From an uncultured cyanobacterium (GTDB lineage Bacteria; Cyanobacteriota; Cyanobacteriia; Cyanobacteriales; Nostocaceae): DNA of 64,000 bases. Made by a program: the position numbers and the translations under genes. The stretch lies in NCBI GenBank assembly GCA_963740315.1, contig CAVUDP010000002.1, forward strand, positions 640,001 to 704,000. Direction: 5' to 3'. Numbering within the stretch: position 1 is the first letter of the stretch; each line of letters opens with the position of its first letter. Positions 24,452-36,490 of the stretch are shown in pieces. The notes under the pieces are model-generated. The model was not told where the DNA came from. It worked only from the letters and a program-made list of their open reading frames with translations, and did not search any database.

Positions 24452-25630
24452 ATGTCCGACACTCAACAAGTAAGCAACGCTGTAGCTAGTCTTTATAATA
24501 CCTACCCTTTTCCCCCGGAACCCTTACTCGACGAACCACCACCGGGTTACAATTGGCGCTGGAATTGGTTGGCTGCTTACAATTTTTGCACGGGACGAAA
24601 ACCGCAAAAACAAGATATTCGTATTCTTGATGCGGGTTGTGGCACTGGTGTGGGCACGGAATATTTAGTTCATCTCAATCCCCAAGCAACTGTAGTCGGA
24701 ATTGATTTAAGTGAAGGTGCGCTGAATGTTGCCAAAGAAAGATGCCAGCGCTCTGGTGCGAATCGTGCTGAATTTCATCATCTAAGTTTATTTGATGTAG
24801 AAAAAATATCTGGTGAATTCGATCTAATTAACTGCGTCGGCGTTTTGCACCATACATCAGAACCGATTCGTGGTATTCAAGCTTTAGCTAAAAAATTAGC
24901 CCCCGGTGGTTTGATGCATATCTTTGTATATGCTGAATTAGGACGCTGGGAAATTCGTTTGATGCAACAGGCGATCGCACTTCTCCAAAATGATAAACGC
25001 GGCGATTATCGCGATGGTGTCAGCGTCGGTAGAAAGATTTTTGATTCTCTCCCCGAAAATAATCGCATAGTCAAACGAGAAAAAGAAAGATGGGCTTTAG
25101 AAAATCAGCGCGATGAAAACTTTGCCGATATGTACGTTCATCCCCAAGAGATTGATTACAATATCGAAACTTTGTTTGAGTTAATTGACGCTTCCGGTTT
25201 AGATTTCGTTGGTTTCTCCAATCCCAGCTACTGGAATTTAGAAAGACTTTTAACAAAAGCACCAGAATTAATCGAAAGAGCGAATCACTTGGGAGAACAA
25301 GAACGTTATAGATTGATAGAATTATTAGACCCAGATATTAGTCACTACGAGTTTTTTCTGAGTCGTCCACCTTTAGATAAAGCCGATTGGAATGATGATA
25401 ATGCAATCCTAGCGGCAATACCAGAATTAAATCCTTGTATAGATGGATTTCCGGCATCAAGTATATTTAATTACGACTATCAACTAGTTAGATTGTCAGA
25501 AAGCGAGATTGAATTTATGCAAGCCTGCGACAGTTGCTCAACAGTAAAAGAGATTTTGAATAAAGTTCAACTCGACTTAGAAAAAGTCAAAGAACTTCAG
25601 AAACAACAATTGATAATAGTTAGTGGTTAG
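24452..25630 (+). CDS. Class I SAM-dependent methyltransferase
   Basis: ILDAGCGTG, VGVLHH, LAPGG; commonly upstream of atp1 in cyanobacteria. Confidence 0.9.
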   Translation: MSDTQQVSNAVASLYNTYPFPPEPLLDEPPPGYNWRWNWLAAYNFCTGRKPQKQDIRILDAGCGTGVGTEYLVHLNPQATVVGIDLSEGALNVAKERCQRSGANRAEFHHLSLFDVEKISGEFDLINCVGVLHHTSEPIRGIQALAKKLAPGGLMHIFVYAELGRWEIRLMQQAIALLQNDKRGDYRDGVSVGRKIFDSLPENNRIVKREKERWALENQRDENFADMYVHPQEIDYNIETLFELIDASGLDFVGFSNPSYWNLERLLTKAPELIERANHLGEQERYRLIELLDPDISHYEFFLSRPPLDKADWNDDNAILAAIPELNPCIDGFPASSIFNYDYQLVRLSESEIEFMQACDSCSTVKEILNKVQLDLEKVKELQKQQLIIVSG

Positions 25631-25915
25631 TGGTTAGTGGTTAGTGGTTAGTGGTTGGGCATTGGGCATTGGGAATTGGGCATTGGGCATTGGGCATCGG
25701 GAATTGAAATTATTAAGTAGTGCGTTAGCGAAGCGTGTCCGCCAGGACATGCATCTTGCTCGCTCGATACAAGATCGCAAGATGCTCGCACTCCCCCCAT
25801 CCCCCCATCCCCCCATCCCCCCATCTCCCCATCTCCCCATCCCCCCATCCCCCCATCCCCCCATCTCCCCATCCCCCCATCTCCCGATTACCAATTCCCC
25901 ATTACCCATTCCCAA
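25620..25915. repeat. Compound STRR array (TAGTGGT, TTGGGCA, CCCCATC) containing REP/SDR-like insertions
   Basis: Visible tandem heptamers/octamers; source of several spurious ORFs. Confidence 0.85.
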
Positions 25916-26311
25916 ACCACAACTGTTCCGAGTTAACAGTTCAACAAGAGGTAAATGCTAATATCGCTGATGACAACTGTTTAAAGTCCGGAGTAAAATC
26001 CGGGATGAGGGTTTTTGCGAAAGCTATCTTCTTCTCTCCAAAAATGTCGAAATAGATAGCTTTGGGAAAATCATATTTATCTGGTTTTGTCAACCGTGTA
26101 CTAGTATAATTTTAGCTACGATTTTTCTTCACTAAGGTTGTTTATGGTTGTAAATGTGTCGAAAAATTAAGGTGGACAGTTAGTTGAATGATGTTTGATG
26201 GTAACAAGAAGTTAATTGTTTTTTTCTAAAGTAATGTTACCCAACCGTGATATGATTCAACTGACTGGATTTACAGTCAACATCAAACGGAATGTACTGG
26301 TTTCAAGTCCC

Positions 26312-26746
26312 GTGAGCTTGTCAGATAATACGATTGAATCCGCGCCTTCGACAATAGAAAATGCTCAAGCTGGTTCTGAGAATGCTCCAGCGGATTCCAT
26401 GCAAGATTTCTACAAACTCTATCAAGAGTTGTTAGTTATTACTCTTGCTTTAACGGGGATTATTTTTGTCTCTGTTTGGATATATTATTCCTTAAACATT
26501 GCTCTAAATTATTTAATTGGAGGATGTGCGGGTTTAGTTTATCTCAGGTTGTTGGCAAAAGATGTTGAGCGCTTGGGTAGAGAAAAGCAACAGCTGAGTA
26601 AAACTCGGTTGGCTTTACTAGTGTTGTTGATTTTGCTAGCAGGAAAGTGGAATCAATTGGAAATATTGCCTATATTTTTAGGCTTTTTAACCTATAAAGC
26701 AACGCTGATAATCTACGTAATTCGTGTGGCATTCAATCCTGACTAG
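26312..26746 (+). CDS. atp1: ATP synthase protein I (Atp1)
   Basis: [13 protein letters not shown]...[13 protein letters not shown]...FLGFLTYKA; in-frame GTG at 26312 is the likely start. Confidence 0.9.
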   Translation: MSLSDNTIESAPSTIENAQAGSENAPADSMQDFYKLYQELLVITLALTGIIFVSVWIYYSLNIALNYLIGGCAGLVYLRLLAKDVERLGREKQQLSKTRLALLVLLILLAGKWNQLEILPIFLGFLTYKATLIIYVIRVAFNPD

Positions 26747-26821
26747 CATAAAACTGGGTAACTCAAAACGCGATCTATCCAGTTAATATGGTCGAAACGT
26801 AGATTAGGTCAAGAAAAGAAA

Positions 26822-27580
26822 ATGGTAGATTTTCTGAATTCTTTTAATTCTGTGACTCTTGCAGAATTGGAAGTAGGAAAACATTTGTACTGGCAAATCG
26901 GTAACTTAAAATTACACGGACAGGTGTTTCTAACTTCCTGGTTTGTAATTGCCGTGCTGGTGATTGTTTCCCTCTTAGCAAGCAGTAATATTAAGCGGAT
27001 TCCGAGCGGTATACAGAATTTAATGGAGTATGCCCTCGAATTCATTCGAGATTTGGCTAAAAACCAGATTGGCGAGAAAGAATATCGCCCTTGGGTGCCA
27101 TTCGTAGGCACTTTGTTTTTGTTCATTTTTGTGTCAAATTGGTCTGGGGCACTTGTTCCTTTCAAGTTGATAAAGTTACCTGAAGGCGAATTAACTGCTC
27201 CTACTAGTGACATCAATACAACTATTGCCTTAGCTTTGTTGACATCATTAGCGTATTTTTACGCTGGGTTCAGCAAAAAGGGTTTAGGGTACTTTGGCAA
27301 CTACGTCCAACCAGTATCGTTCATGTTGCCTTTCAAGATAATTGAAGACTTCACAAAGCCTCTTTCCCTAAGCTTCCGTTTGTTCGGTAATATTTTGGCT
27401 GATGAGCTGGTTGTGGGAGTATTAGTCTTACTAGTACCTTTATTTGTGCCACTACCTGTGATGGCTTTGGGTTTATTTACCAGCGCTATTCAGGCACTAA
27501 TTTTTGCAACTTTGGCGGCTGCTTACATCGGTGAAGCGTTAGAAGACCACCACGGTGCTGAAGAACATGGGGAACATTAA
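26822..27580 (+). CDS. atpB: ATP synthase F0 subunit a
   Basis: [26 protein letters not shown] (cyanobacterial name atpI). Confidence 0.98.
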   Translation: MVDFLNSFNSVTLAELEVGKHLYWQIGNLKLHGQVFLTSWFVIAVLVIVSLLASSNIKRIPSGIQNLMEYALEFIRDLAKNQIGEKEYRPWVPFVGTLFLFIFVSNWSGALVPFKLIKLPEGELTAPTSDINTTIALALLTSLAYFYAGFSKKGLGYFGNYVQPVSFMLPFKIIEDFTKPLSLSFRLFGNILADELVVGVLVLLVPLFVPLPVMALGLFTSAIQALIFATLAAAYIGEALEDHHGAEEHGEH

Positions 27581-27662
27581 CAACCCCCATAACCCCGTTA
27601 TTTGTTGGTAATAGAAAGTTATTGTTTGAATGATTAGTTATTAACTAACAATTAACAACTAA

Positions 27663-27995
<333 letters not shown>

Positions 27996-28158
27996 TTATA
28001 AGTACTGAGTACTGAAAAGTTGTAGAGACGTAGCATTGCTACGTCTGTACAGTTAGGAGTGAAGAGTTAGCAATTTCTTAGTAACTCAGAACTTGTAACT
28101 CAGAACTTGTAACTAGTAATTCAAAACTCATAACTAGTAAAAGTTGGAGCAAACTTTG

Positions 28159-28650
28159 ATGATTCATTGGACAACTTTGTTAGCTGTAGAAGAAGTTGCC
28201 AAAGAGGGTGGTCTTTTTGACATAGACGCAACTCTTCCTTTGATGGCAATTCAGTTTCTACTTTTAGCATTAATTCTGAACGCACTTTTTTACAAGCCGT
28301 TGGGCAAAGCAATTGATGAACGGAACGAGTATATCCGTAACAGTCAATTGGAAGCAAAAGAACGTTTGACAAAAACGGAAAAATTAGCGCAGCAATACGA
28401 AGAAGAATTAGCAGGTGCAAGAAGAGCAGCACAAAAAGTAATTGCTGATGCTCAAAAGGAAGCCCAGATTACTGCTTCGGAGAAAGTAGCAGCAGCTCAA
28501 CAAGAAGCGCAAGCACAAAGAGAAGAAGCGGCTCAAGAAATTGAGCAGCAAAAAAAAGAAGCTTTTGCTTCTTTGGAGAAAGAAGTTGATGGTTTATCTC
28601 GCCAAATATTAGAAAAGCTTTTAGGAGCGGATTTAGCAGCTCAACGCTAA
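28159..28650 (+). CDS. ATP synthase F0 subunit b'
   Basis: [17 protein letters not shown]; operon position (cyanobacterial name atpG). Confidence 0.95.
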   Translation: MIHWTTLLAVEEVAKEGGLFDIDATLPLMAIQFLLLALILNALFYKPLGKAIDERNEYIRNSQLEAKERLTKTEKLAQQYEEELAGARRAAQKVIADAQKEAQITASEKVAAAQQEAQAQREEAAQEIEQQKKEAFASLEKEVDGLSRQILEKLLGADLAAQR

Positions 28651-28988
28651 CAAACTATAACTTGCTCGATAAAGGAAAGTTTGTAAAATTGTTTGGCTCG
28701 AATTCAGTAACTACTGGTTTGTAATTCGTAATTATTACCCCATATGTAAGTAAAGGGTCAATTCAATTTTGGATTTTAGATTTTGGATTGTTGATTCCTT
28801 AGAAATAAGGTAGAGGCAATTTTTTATTTTAACCAACGCCCTGCTTAAAATAAAAATGATTAATTACGAATTATAAAAAAAGTAAATTACTACTAGTCCT
28901 AAAGGTTATAGAGATATCTATAGATGCTTGAATTATATAGCATCGTAATTTTTTATGCCGAAGGTAGCGCAATAGTGGATGAAATAAC

Positions 28989-29546
28989 ATGGCGACTTTT
29001 TTGATATTGATGGCTGAAGCTAGCGCCATCGGAAGTGAGTTAGTAGAGGAAGCAGGTCACGAAGGTTTTGGTTTAAATACCGACATCTTTGACACTAACC
29101 TGATTAATCTAGCAATTATTATCGTAGTGCTGTTCGTTTTTGGACGGAAAGCTTTAGGTAGTACTTTAAAAGAACGCCGCGAGAAGATTGAAGCGGCAAT
29201 CAAAGCTGCTGAAAAACGTACTCAAGATGCACAAACTGGTTTAGCTGACCAACAAAAGAAATTGGCTCAAGCTCAAGCAGAAGCTGAAAGAATCAAGCAA
29301 GCAGGACAAGAAAACGCTGGTAAAGCTAAAGAATCGATACTCGCACAAGCCGCTGTTGATGTGGAAAGAATGAAGCAGACAGCAGCAGCAGATTTAAATA
29401 CAGAAAGAGACAAAGCCATCAACCAGCTGCGACAGCGCGTAGTCGCGATTGCTTTGGAGAAAGTAGAGTCGCAACTCCGTGGTGGAATTGCCGACGATGC
29501 TCAGCATACATTAGTTGACCGTAGCATCGCGCAATTAGGAAGTTAA
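28989..29546 (+). CDS. atpF: ATP synthase F0 subunit b
   Basis: [16 protein letters not shown] followed by coiled coil. Confidence 0.96.
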   Translation: MATFLILMAEASAIGSELVEEAGHEGFGLNTDIFDTNLINLAIIIVVLFVFGRKALGSTLKERREKIEAAIKAAEKRTQDAQTGLADQQKKLAQAQAEAERIKQAGQENAGKAKESILAQAAVDVERMKQTAAADLNTERDKAINQLRQRVVAIALEKVESQLRGGIADDAQHTLVDRSIAQLGS

Positions 29547-29548
29547 TT

Positions 29549-30109
29549 ATGGCAAGTAACACAGCAGCAACCGCAGCAGTATCCCGTCCTTACGCTGAAG
29601 CGCTAATGTCTATAGCGCAGTCAAACAACGTTGCAGATAAGTTTGACTCTGATGTACGTTCTTTATTGAACTTAATCAAAGAAAGCCAACCCCTGCAAAC
29701 TTTTTTTGCCAATCCGTTTATTGATGGTGAAGATAAAAAGGGTGTTATTCGCAAGATACTTAGCGACGACACCAACCCAATGTTCCGTAACTTTTTGATG
29801 CTGTTAGTAGATAGACGGCGAATTATATTGCTGGAGGACATAGCCCAGGAATATTTAACCCAGTTGCGAGAATTAAATCAAGTAGTATTAGCGGAAGTGA
29901 TTTCTGCCGTTCCTCTCACCGACGAACAAAAGCAGACAATCAAGGAAAAAGTCAAATCAATTGAACCAAATGCTCGCGAAGTCGAGTTAGATTCTAAGAT
30001 TGATAGCGACATTATTGGTGGCGTAATTATTAAAGTTGGTTCTCAGGTAGTTGACTCCAGTTTACGAGGTCAATTACGCCGCTTAACTTTAAACTTGAAT
30101 AAAGGCTAA
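29549..30109 (+). CDS. atpH: ATP synthase F1 subunit delta
   Basis: PYAEAL...IIGGVIIKVGSQVVDSSLRGQL (cyanobacterial name atpD). Confidence 0.96.
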   Translation: MASNTAATAAVSRPYAEALMSIAQSNNVADKFDSDVRSLLNLIKESQPLQTFFANPFIDGEDKKGVIRKILSDDTNPMFRNFLMLLVDRRRIILLEDIAQEYLTQLRELNQVVLAEVISAVPLTDEQKQTIKEKVKSIEPNAREVELDSKIDSDIIGGVIIKVGSQVVDSSLRGQLRRLTLNLNKG

Positions 30110-30264
30110 AACAATTTTAGATTTTGGATTTTGGATTTTGGATTTATTTAGTTGTTGGTTTTAATTTTCAATCCTGGAAGCTAACTGCTAAGTATTAACA
30201 AGTCAGTAATCTAAAATTTAGAATTATCAGTTCTTTTTCCTATCGTAAGAAAGAAGATAAAAAA

Positions 30265-31785
30265 ATGGCAATTAGCATTAGACCAGACGAAATTAGTAAC
30301 ATTATCCAACAGCAAATCGAGCAATACGACCAACAGGTCAAAGTGCAGAATGTTGGTACTGTGTTGTCAGTAGGTGACGGTATTGCTCGTATCTATGGCT
30401 TGGAAAAAGCTATGGCTGGCGAGTTGTTAGAATTTGAAGATGGTACCGCTGGTGTTGCTCTTAACTTAGAAGAAGACAACGTTGGTGCGGTATTGATGGG
30501 TGACGGTCGCCAAATCCAAGAAGGTAGTACCGTTACAGCTACTGGTAAAATTGCTCAGGTACCCGTTGGCGATGCCATGATTGGCAGAGTTGTTAATGCT
30601 TTGGGTGAACCAATCGATGGTAAAGGTGAAATCAAGACCACAGAAGGTCGCTTGATTGAATCCATGGCTCCCGGTATTATCGAACGTCGCTCCGTACACG
30701 AACCAATGCAAACCGGAATTACCGCTATTGACGCGATGATTCCCGTAGGAAGAGGACAGCGAGAATTAATTATTGGTGACAGACAAACTGGTAAAACTGC
30801 GATCGCGATCGACACAATTATTAACCAGAAGTCGGAAGACGTAGTTTGCGTTTACGTAGCGATCGGTCAAAAAGCTTCTACCGTTGCTAACGTAGTCCAA
30901 ACTTTAGAAGACAATGGCGCGATGGATTACACCATTGTGGTAGCAGCGAGTGCTTCCGAACCAGCACCATTACAGTGGTTGGCTCCTTATTCTGGTGCTG
31001 CACTTGCTGAATACTTTATGTATAAAGGCAAAGCAACCCTAATTATTTACGACGATTTGACCAAGCAAGCACAAGCTTACCGTCAAATGTCCTTGTTACT
31101 ACGCCGTCCACCCGGTCGTGAAGCATATCCTGGAGACGTATTTTACCTCCACTCCCGCTTATTGGAACGCGCTGCAAAACTCAGCGATGACCTTGGAGCA
31201 GGTAGCATGACCGCGTTACCAATCATTGAAACCCAAGCTGGTGACGTATCCGCTTACATTCCTACCAACGTAATTTCGATTACCGACGGTCAGATATTCT
31301 TATCTTCCGACTTATTTAACGCCGGTATTCGTCCCGCAATTAACCCCGGTATTTCCGTATCCCGTGTGGGTTCCGCTGCTCAAACCAAGGCAATGAAGAA
31401 AGTTGCTGGTAAGTTGAAGTTGGAATTAGCACAATTCGATGAATTGCAAGCATTCTCACAGTTTGCATCCGACTTAGATAAAACTACCCAAGACCAGTTG
31501 GCTCAAGGCGTGCGCTTGCGGGAAACCTTAAAGCAGCCACAAAACCAGCCTCGTGCAGTATACGAGCAAGTTGCAATTTTGTATGCGGGTCTTAACGGAT
31601 ATTTAAGCGATATCGAAGTTAATAAAATTACAGATTTTGTTGAAGGATTCCAAGAATACTTGAAGAACAACAAAACTGAATTCAAGCAAGGAGTTTCCGA
31701 GACGAAAAAGCTTGGTGAAACCGAAGAAAACGCACTGAAAGAAGCGATTACCGAATACAAAAAGACCTTCATGGCAACAGCTTAA
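30265..31785 (+). CDS. atpA: ATP synthase F1 subunit alpha
   Basis: [29 protein letters not shown]. Confidence 0.99.
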   Translation: MAISIRPDEISNIIQQQIEQYDQQVKVQNVGTVLSVGDGIARIYGLEKAMAGELLEFEDGTAGVALNLEEDNVGAVLMGDGRQIQEGSTVTATGKIAQVPVGDAMIGRVVNALGEPIDGKGEIKTTEGRLIESMAPGIIERRSVHEPMQTGITAIDAMIPVGRGQRELIIGDRQTGKTAIAIDTIINQKSEDVVCVYVAIGQKASTVANVVQTLEDNGAMDYTIVVAASASEPAPLQWLAPYSGAALAEYFMYKGKATLIIYDDLTKQAQAYRQMSLLLRRPPGREAYPGDVFYLHSRLLERAAKLSDDLGAGSMTALPIIETQAGDVSAYIPTNVISITDGQIFLSSDLFNAGIRPAINPGISVSRVGSAAQTKAMKKVAGKLKLELAQFDELQAFSQFASDLDKTTQDQLAQGVRLRETLKQPQNQPRAVYEQVAILYAGLNGYLSDIEVNKITDFVEGFQEYLKNNKTEFKQGVSETKKLGETEENALKEAITEYKKTFMATA

Positions 31786-31952
31786 CAATTTTGGATTTGG
31801 GATTTTGGATTTTGGATTGAATCTAAAGTTCAAAATCTCATCCAACGTCCGATGTGAAATAAGAAAGTTTGGTTAATGGTATTAAGCAACCTAATTAAAT
31901 TGACATCAGACATAAATCTAAAATCCAAAATCTAAAATCTAAAATCAAGAAT

Positions 31953-32897
31953 ATGCCTAATTTAAAAGCGATACGGGACCGCATAAGTACGGTTAAAAAT
32001 ACCAAGAAAATTACAGAAGCCATGCGGCTAGTTGCGGCTGCAAGAGTACGCCGCGCCCAGGAACAGGTAACTTCTACTCGTCCATTTGCAGATCGTTTGG
32101 CTCAGGTTTTATTTGGTTTGCAAAGCCGTCTAACCTTTGAAGATGTAGACTTACCGCTGATGAAAAAGCGCGAAGTTAGTACAGTTGGTTTGCTGGTAAT
32201 TTCTGGCGATCGCGGTTTGTGTGGTGGCTACAATACCAACGTCATTAAACGTGCGGAAAATCGCGCTAAAGAACTACAGTCCGAAGGTTTAGATTACAAA
32301 CTAGTATTAGTAGGACGTAAAGCCAGCCAGTATTTTCAACGTCGCGAACAACCGATTGAAAATTCATATACCGGCTTAGAACAAATTCCTACAGCTTCGG
32401 AAGCTTCTGACATAGCTGACGGACTACTTTCATTATTTTTATCGGAAGAAGTAGACAGAATCGAACTGGTTTACACCAAATTCGTCTCCTTAGTTAGTTC
32501 TCGTCCCGTAGTACAAACCTTGCTTCCCTTAGATCCTAAAGGTTTAGCAGCAGACGACGAATTCTTCCGTTTAACAACCCGTGGTGGTGAATTTGAAGTT
32601 GAGAGAGAGAAAGTTACTACTCAAATGCGTGCTTTCCCTCGCGACATGATTTTTGAACAAGATCCAGTACAGATTCTGGATTCCTTGCTACCACTGTACT
32701 TAAGCAACCAACTGTTGCGAGCATTGCAAGAATCCGCAGCCAGCGAACTAGCAGCGCGAATGACAGCAATGAGTAGCGCTAGCGACAACGCAGCCGACTT
32801 AATGAAAAGTTTGTCACTGTCTTATAACAAAGCGCGACAAGCTGCAATTACCCAAGAAATTTTAGAAGTTGTGGGTGGTGCCCAAGCGCTAGGGTAA
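31953..32897 (+). CDS. atpG: ATP synthase F1 subunit gamma
   Basis: [37 protein letters not shown] (cyanobacterial name atpC). Confidence 0.98.
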   Translation: MPNLKAIRDRISTVKNTKKITEAMRLVAAARVRRAQEQVTSTRPFADRLAQVLFGLQSRLTFEDVDLPLMKKREVSTVGLLVISGDRGLCGGYNTNVIKRAENRAKELQSEGLDYKLVLVGRKASQYFQRREQPIENSYTGLEQIPTASEASDIADGLLSLFLSEEVDRIELVYTKFVSLVSSRPVVQTLLPLDPKGLAADDEFFRLTTRGGEFEVEREKVTTQMRAFPRDMIFEQDPVQILDSLLPLYLSNQLLRALQESAASELAARMTAMSSASDNAADLMKSLSLSYNKARQAAITQEILEVVGGAQALG

Positions 32898-33157
32898 AGA
32901 AAGTTAGGAGTTAGGAGTTAGGAGTTAAGAGTTTTTAATAGCTAATTGTTGATTGTATTTGAATTAACAGTTAGCTATGAAGGTTTATTGAGTTGCTTTC
33001 TTCAGTTTGTACAGTGCAAGCCGGAATGCTTACTTGAGGCACATAGCGAGCAAGATGCATGTCCTTGCGGACACGCGGCGCTAAGGCAGCACTACATAAT
33101 CTAAAATCCAAAATCTAAAATCCAAAATTCCCTGTGGCAATTTTCAAAAAGCTGCAC

Positions 33158-33163
33158 TATAAT
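33158..33163 (+). promoter_or_regulatory. -10 box of the ssrA promoter
   Basis: Consensus TATAAT 16 nt upstream of the mature tmRNA 5' end. Confidence 0.55.
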
Positions 33164-33179
33164 AAAATATGAACCACAT

Positions 33180-33560
33180 GGGTCTGTAATGGTTTCGACG
33201 GGGTGGCGAAAGCTATTCGTTGATTCAGGTCGAGAGTGAGTCAAATCTCGTTAATCAAGTCTCAAAACAAATAATAACTGCAAACAACATTGTAGCATTC
33301 AAGCGTCAAGCAGTAACTGCTTAAACTTTTTTAGTACGCTTCTCTCTAGTTTGACTCCGTTAAGGATTAGAGAGCAACCCCCAACGGATGCTCTAATAAG
33401 TTCCCTTTGGTGGACTTATTAGAAAAGACTTTACCAAAGCATCCCACCGTTCGGGATAATGAACGGTCCCTGCCTTAAGGGTTAACGAGGCTATACCTGT
33501 GAACGATGCGGGGGTAAATACCCATTTCGGACGGCAGTTCAATTCTGCCCAGATCCACTA
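33180..33560 (+). ncRNA. ssrA: tmRNA (one-piece); tag reading frame ANNIVAFKRQAVTA* at 33280-33324
   Basis: 5' GGGTCTG-TAATGGTTTCGAC pairs with 3' CAGATCC (G3:U70); T-arm GGCAGTTCAATTCTGCC; ANNIV tag start typical of cyanobacteria. Confidence 0.96.
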
Positions 33561-33574
33561 GTACATAATTACTT

Positions 33575-33618
33575 AATCCACCTTATACTAAAATGTAGAG
33601 GTGGATTTGTTTTTTATT
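33575..33618 (+). terminator. Putative terminator after ssrA
   Basis: AATCCACCT-loop-AGGTGGATT followed by a T-rich tract. Confidence 0.5.
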
Positions 33619-34593
33619 ATGAGTAAGTTGCAAGTAATTGTTGTCTGTGGAAATCCTGCTTGTGCTAGGGAATTTAATAAAAGTCAAAGTGAATTTAATA
33701 GAAGTCAGAAATTAGGAAGACCTCATTTTTGTTCTTTAAGATGTCATGCTAAATATAGGGGGCTTGGCACTTCTAAAGTTAAAGCAAATAGAACTACTTC
33801 CCATTTAAAAGATATCATTAGAACCGATGAATATTCACCCTTCCGAAATCATCTGAAGGTGATGAAAAAATCTGCTAAGCGAAGAAAGCACGAATGTGGA
33901 GTAACGTTAGCTGATTTGAAACAATTATGGGAGAAACAAAAAGGAATTTGTCCTTACACTCGCTGGAATTTACTTTTACTACCCAGCACTACAGATTATC
34001 AAAATGCGATTTTAACAATAGACAGAGCAAGTGTTGACCGTATCGATTCTTCTTTGGGTTACACTCCTGATAACATACAGTTTGTTGCTGTAATTGCCAA
34101 CTTTGCGAAAAATATTTTTACCGAACAAGATTTAATTACATTCTGTGACGACGTTTATAAATACAGAATTTTAGGTGAAAATAACTCGATAGATATAGAT
34201 AATACAGCTTTGAAAGTTGCTGCAAATGTATTAATTAAGAGTAGAAGAGACGAATATTCACCCTTCCGTCAGCATCTCAAGCTTGCGAGAAGAAGAGTAA
34301 AGAGTAATGGACGAGAATGTAATATTACTCTGGAATATCTAAAACAGTTTTGGAAAAAACAGGATGGTAGATGTCCATATACAGGATGGAAGTTAGATAA
34401 TCTTCAGACAACTAGCGAATGGGATAGTAATATATTGCATCCAAAAACAGCGAGTTTGGATAGGATAGATTCTTGTAAAGGTTATGTTTTTGGTAACATA
34501 CAGTTTGTCAGCGTCATGGCTAACTATGCGAAGAGAGATTTTTTAGAAGAGGAATTGTTGAGATTTTGTGAAGCGGTGGGTGGTGTGAATTAA
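33619..34593 (+). CDS. Zn-finger protein with two tandem HNH/His-Me-like nuclease domains
   Basis: CGNPAC...FCSLRC, then two ~110-aa repeats DEYSPFR.HLK...Q.G.CPYT...AS.DRIDS..GY...NIQFV....N.AK. Confidence 0.75.
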   Translation: MSKLQVIVVCGNPACAREFNKSQSEFNRSQKLGRPHFCSLRCHAKYRGLGTSKVKANRTTSHLKDIIRTDEYSPFRNHLKVMKKSAKRRKHECGVTLADLKQLWEKQKGICPYTRWNLLLLPSTTDYQNAILTIDRASVDRIDSSLGYTPDNIQFVAVIANFAKNIFTEQDLITFCDDVYKYRILGENNSIDIDNTALKVAANVLIKSRRDEYSPFRQHLKLARRRVKSNGRECNITLEYLKQFWKKQDGRCPYTGWKLDNLQTTSEWDSNILHPKTASLDRIDSCKGYVFGNIQFVSVMANYAKRDFLEEELLRFCEAVGGVN

Positions 34594-34647
34594 CAATTGT
34601 GACAAATGCCTGGAATCACAAATTACAGACTAAACTAACAGCTATTT

Positions 34648-34989
34648 TTAACTAGCAGGACGTACAACACGAATTAACTTACCTGTCAATGATTCTTCTC
34701 GACTAATTGTTTCATTAATTCGAGTTGTCATTCGAGACCTATCAGTATCATTGGTACAAACAATAATACCTGAATGTTTGGGTGAGTTTCTATGCAGTTT
34801 GATAAAGTCTTTACGATTTAGCGTTATTACAGTTCGATTATCGCTAATTGCAAAGGCTAAAACTTCGTCATCCGGAATACCTAAATTTGCTTTACTTGCT
34901 TCTTGTACGGTTAATACATCATGTCCCATTGTTCGTAACAGTTCGCTGACTTGGAGTGGGAACATTTCATCTGCATATAAACGTGCCAT
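34648..34989 (-). CDS. DUF5615 PIN-like toxin
   Basis: LYADE.F, GHDVLT, DDEVL..A...R.VITLN.KDF, HSGII. Confidence 0.85.
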   Translation of the reverse strand: MARLYADEMFPLQVSELLRTMGHDVLTVQEASKANLGIPDDEVLAFAISDNRTVITLNRKDFIKLHRNSPKHSGIIVCTNDTDRSRMTTRINETISREESLTGKLIRVVRPAS

Positions 34990-34992
34990 TAT

Positions 34993-35319
34993 TTAAGCAA
35001 CCTTATTAGCACTAATAGCAGCTTCAACTTCTTCAGGATAAGCATCTGCATATACCCAAGCGTTGACTAAATCGGCAGCGCTAAGATGAGGATAATCTTG
35101 TAAAAGTTGAACTTCAGTAATTCCTAAGCGACGTGCTTCAACTAATAGCCAAATCGCAATGCGAGTACCTGCGATACAAGCTTCTCCACCACAAACACCT
35201 GGAGTTTTAGTAATACCTTTTGCTCCAATGCTGATAGTTTGAGTTAGATGAAGGGTAATTGCAGCTTTTTCTGTGGGAAGTAGCGCTTGGATTTGATTTT
35301 CTAATTCTTGGAGAGTCAT
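34993..35319 (-). CDS. DUF433 antitoxin
   Basis: TPGVCGGEACIAGTRI...DYPHLSAADL. Confidence 0.9.
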   Translation of the reverse strand: MTLQELENQIQALLPTEKAAITLHLTQTISIGAKGITKTPGVCGGEACIAGTRIAIWLLVEARRLGITEVQLLQDYPHLSAADLVNAWVYADAYPEEVEAAISANKVA

Positions 35320-35619
35320 CGAGCAATTAGCTAAATTTTGTACTTATTTCATTATAGCGGCAGGGGTTTGAGGTATCGCTAGGAAATTAAAGGCTGTGGT
35401 AAAAAAAAAGTTGTATGTTGCGTTTCAGTACTGCTCGGTTAAGGCGCTTATCCTCGCTAGCCCTCTTTAAGGAGAGAACTAAAGCGTTATAAGTCGGAGC
35501 CTTGTAACGAGATTAATATAAAAACCTCACCCAGCCGATCGCACCCCTCTTCTTTTTATATAAATACTGTTTAATTATTTTGACGTTCCCGAAAAACAAA
35601 CAATTTCGGATAAAAAGCA

Positions 35620-36171
35620 ATGCTTATTACTAGCGAAAACTTAATTTTAAGGGAATTTACTTTTGAAGATTGGCAGCCAGTTTTGGCTTATCAATCCGAT
35701 TATCGCTATCTACAATTTTATGAATGGGAAAATCGCAAACGTAAAGATGTAGAAGCTTTTATTCAAATATTTTTAGAGCAACAACAACAGCTACCACGAA
35801 TTAAATTTCAGTTAGCAGTAATATTAAAATCTGAGCATAAATTAATCGGAAACTGCGGTATCCGCAAAGAAAACTCATTTTCAGATCAAGCCGAGCTTGG
35901 TTATGAAATTTCACCCGATTATTGGGGAAAAGGTTACGCTACAGAAGCCGCAAGTACTATTTTAAAATTTGGCTTTGAAGATTTGAAACTCTACCGTATT
36001 TACTCGCGCTGTATCGCTGAAAATATGGCATCTAGAAAAGTTTTACAGAAAATAGGAATGAAGCTTAAACGGAAGTTACCAAAAAACGAATTTTTTAAAA
36101 ATCGCTATTGGGATACTTTGGAATTTGAGATTTTAAAAGCACGACAGATGCATGACAAAAAGCTCTCCTAA
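35620..36171 (+). CDS. RimJ/RimL-type GNAT acetyltransferase
   Basis: LILREF, ELGY...YWGKGYATEA, ENMASRKVLQKIGM. Confidence 0.9.
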   Translation: MLITSENLILREFTFEDWQPVLAYQSDYRYLQFYEWENRKRKDVEAFIQIFLEQQQQLPRIKFQLAVILKSEHKLIGNCGIRKENSFSDQAELGYEISPDYWGKGYATEAASTILKFGFEDLKLYRIYSRCIAENMASRKVLQKIGMKLKRKLPKNEFFKNRYWDTLEFEILKARQMHDKKLS

Positions 36172-36490
36172 TTTTTTTTGGGGAGCTAAAAATTCAATAA
36201 CACACACTTACAACATCACTGAGGATATTGTTGAAGTTCTTAATTTAAAGATAATCATTGATTGAGAAGAAATAGGGATATAAAGAAAAATTGAGAAAAT
36301 ATATATTAAACTACTTCCTTAGATATTAATCTAAGAGAAAGTATTGTATTCATAGGTGCCTTGGCTGAAATGTATTTTTTTGTAAAGTTGCGTAAAATTT
36401 TTATTTGTCTTGAATAACTACATTATATTTATCTTTAATTAAAAGCAAACAGACAGTATTCAGTCCTTAATACGAGTAACAGATATTACA

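Noticed and set aside
25634..26055. Four overlapping ORFs rich in GDGGMG/PHPPIP
   Set aside because: Translations of STRR heptamer/octamer arrays.
33560..35400. Integrated prophage or genomic island at ssrA
   Set aside because: No integrase, no phage genes and no convincing duplicated ssrA 3' end (only ATCCAC within the terminator stem).
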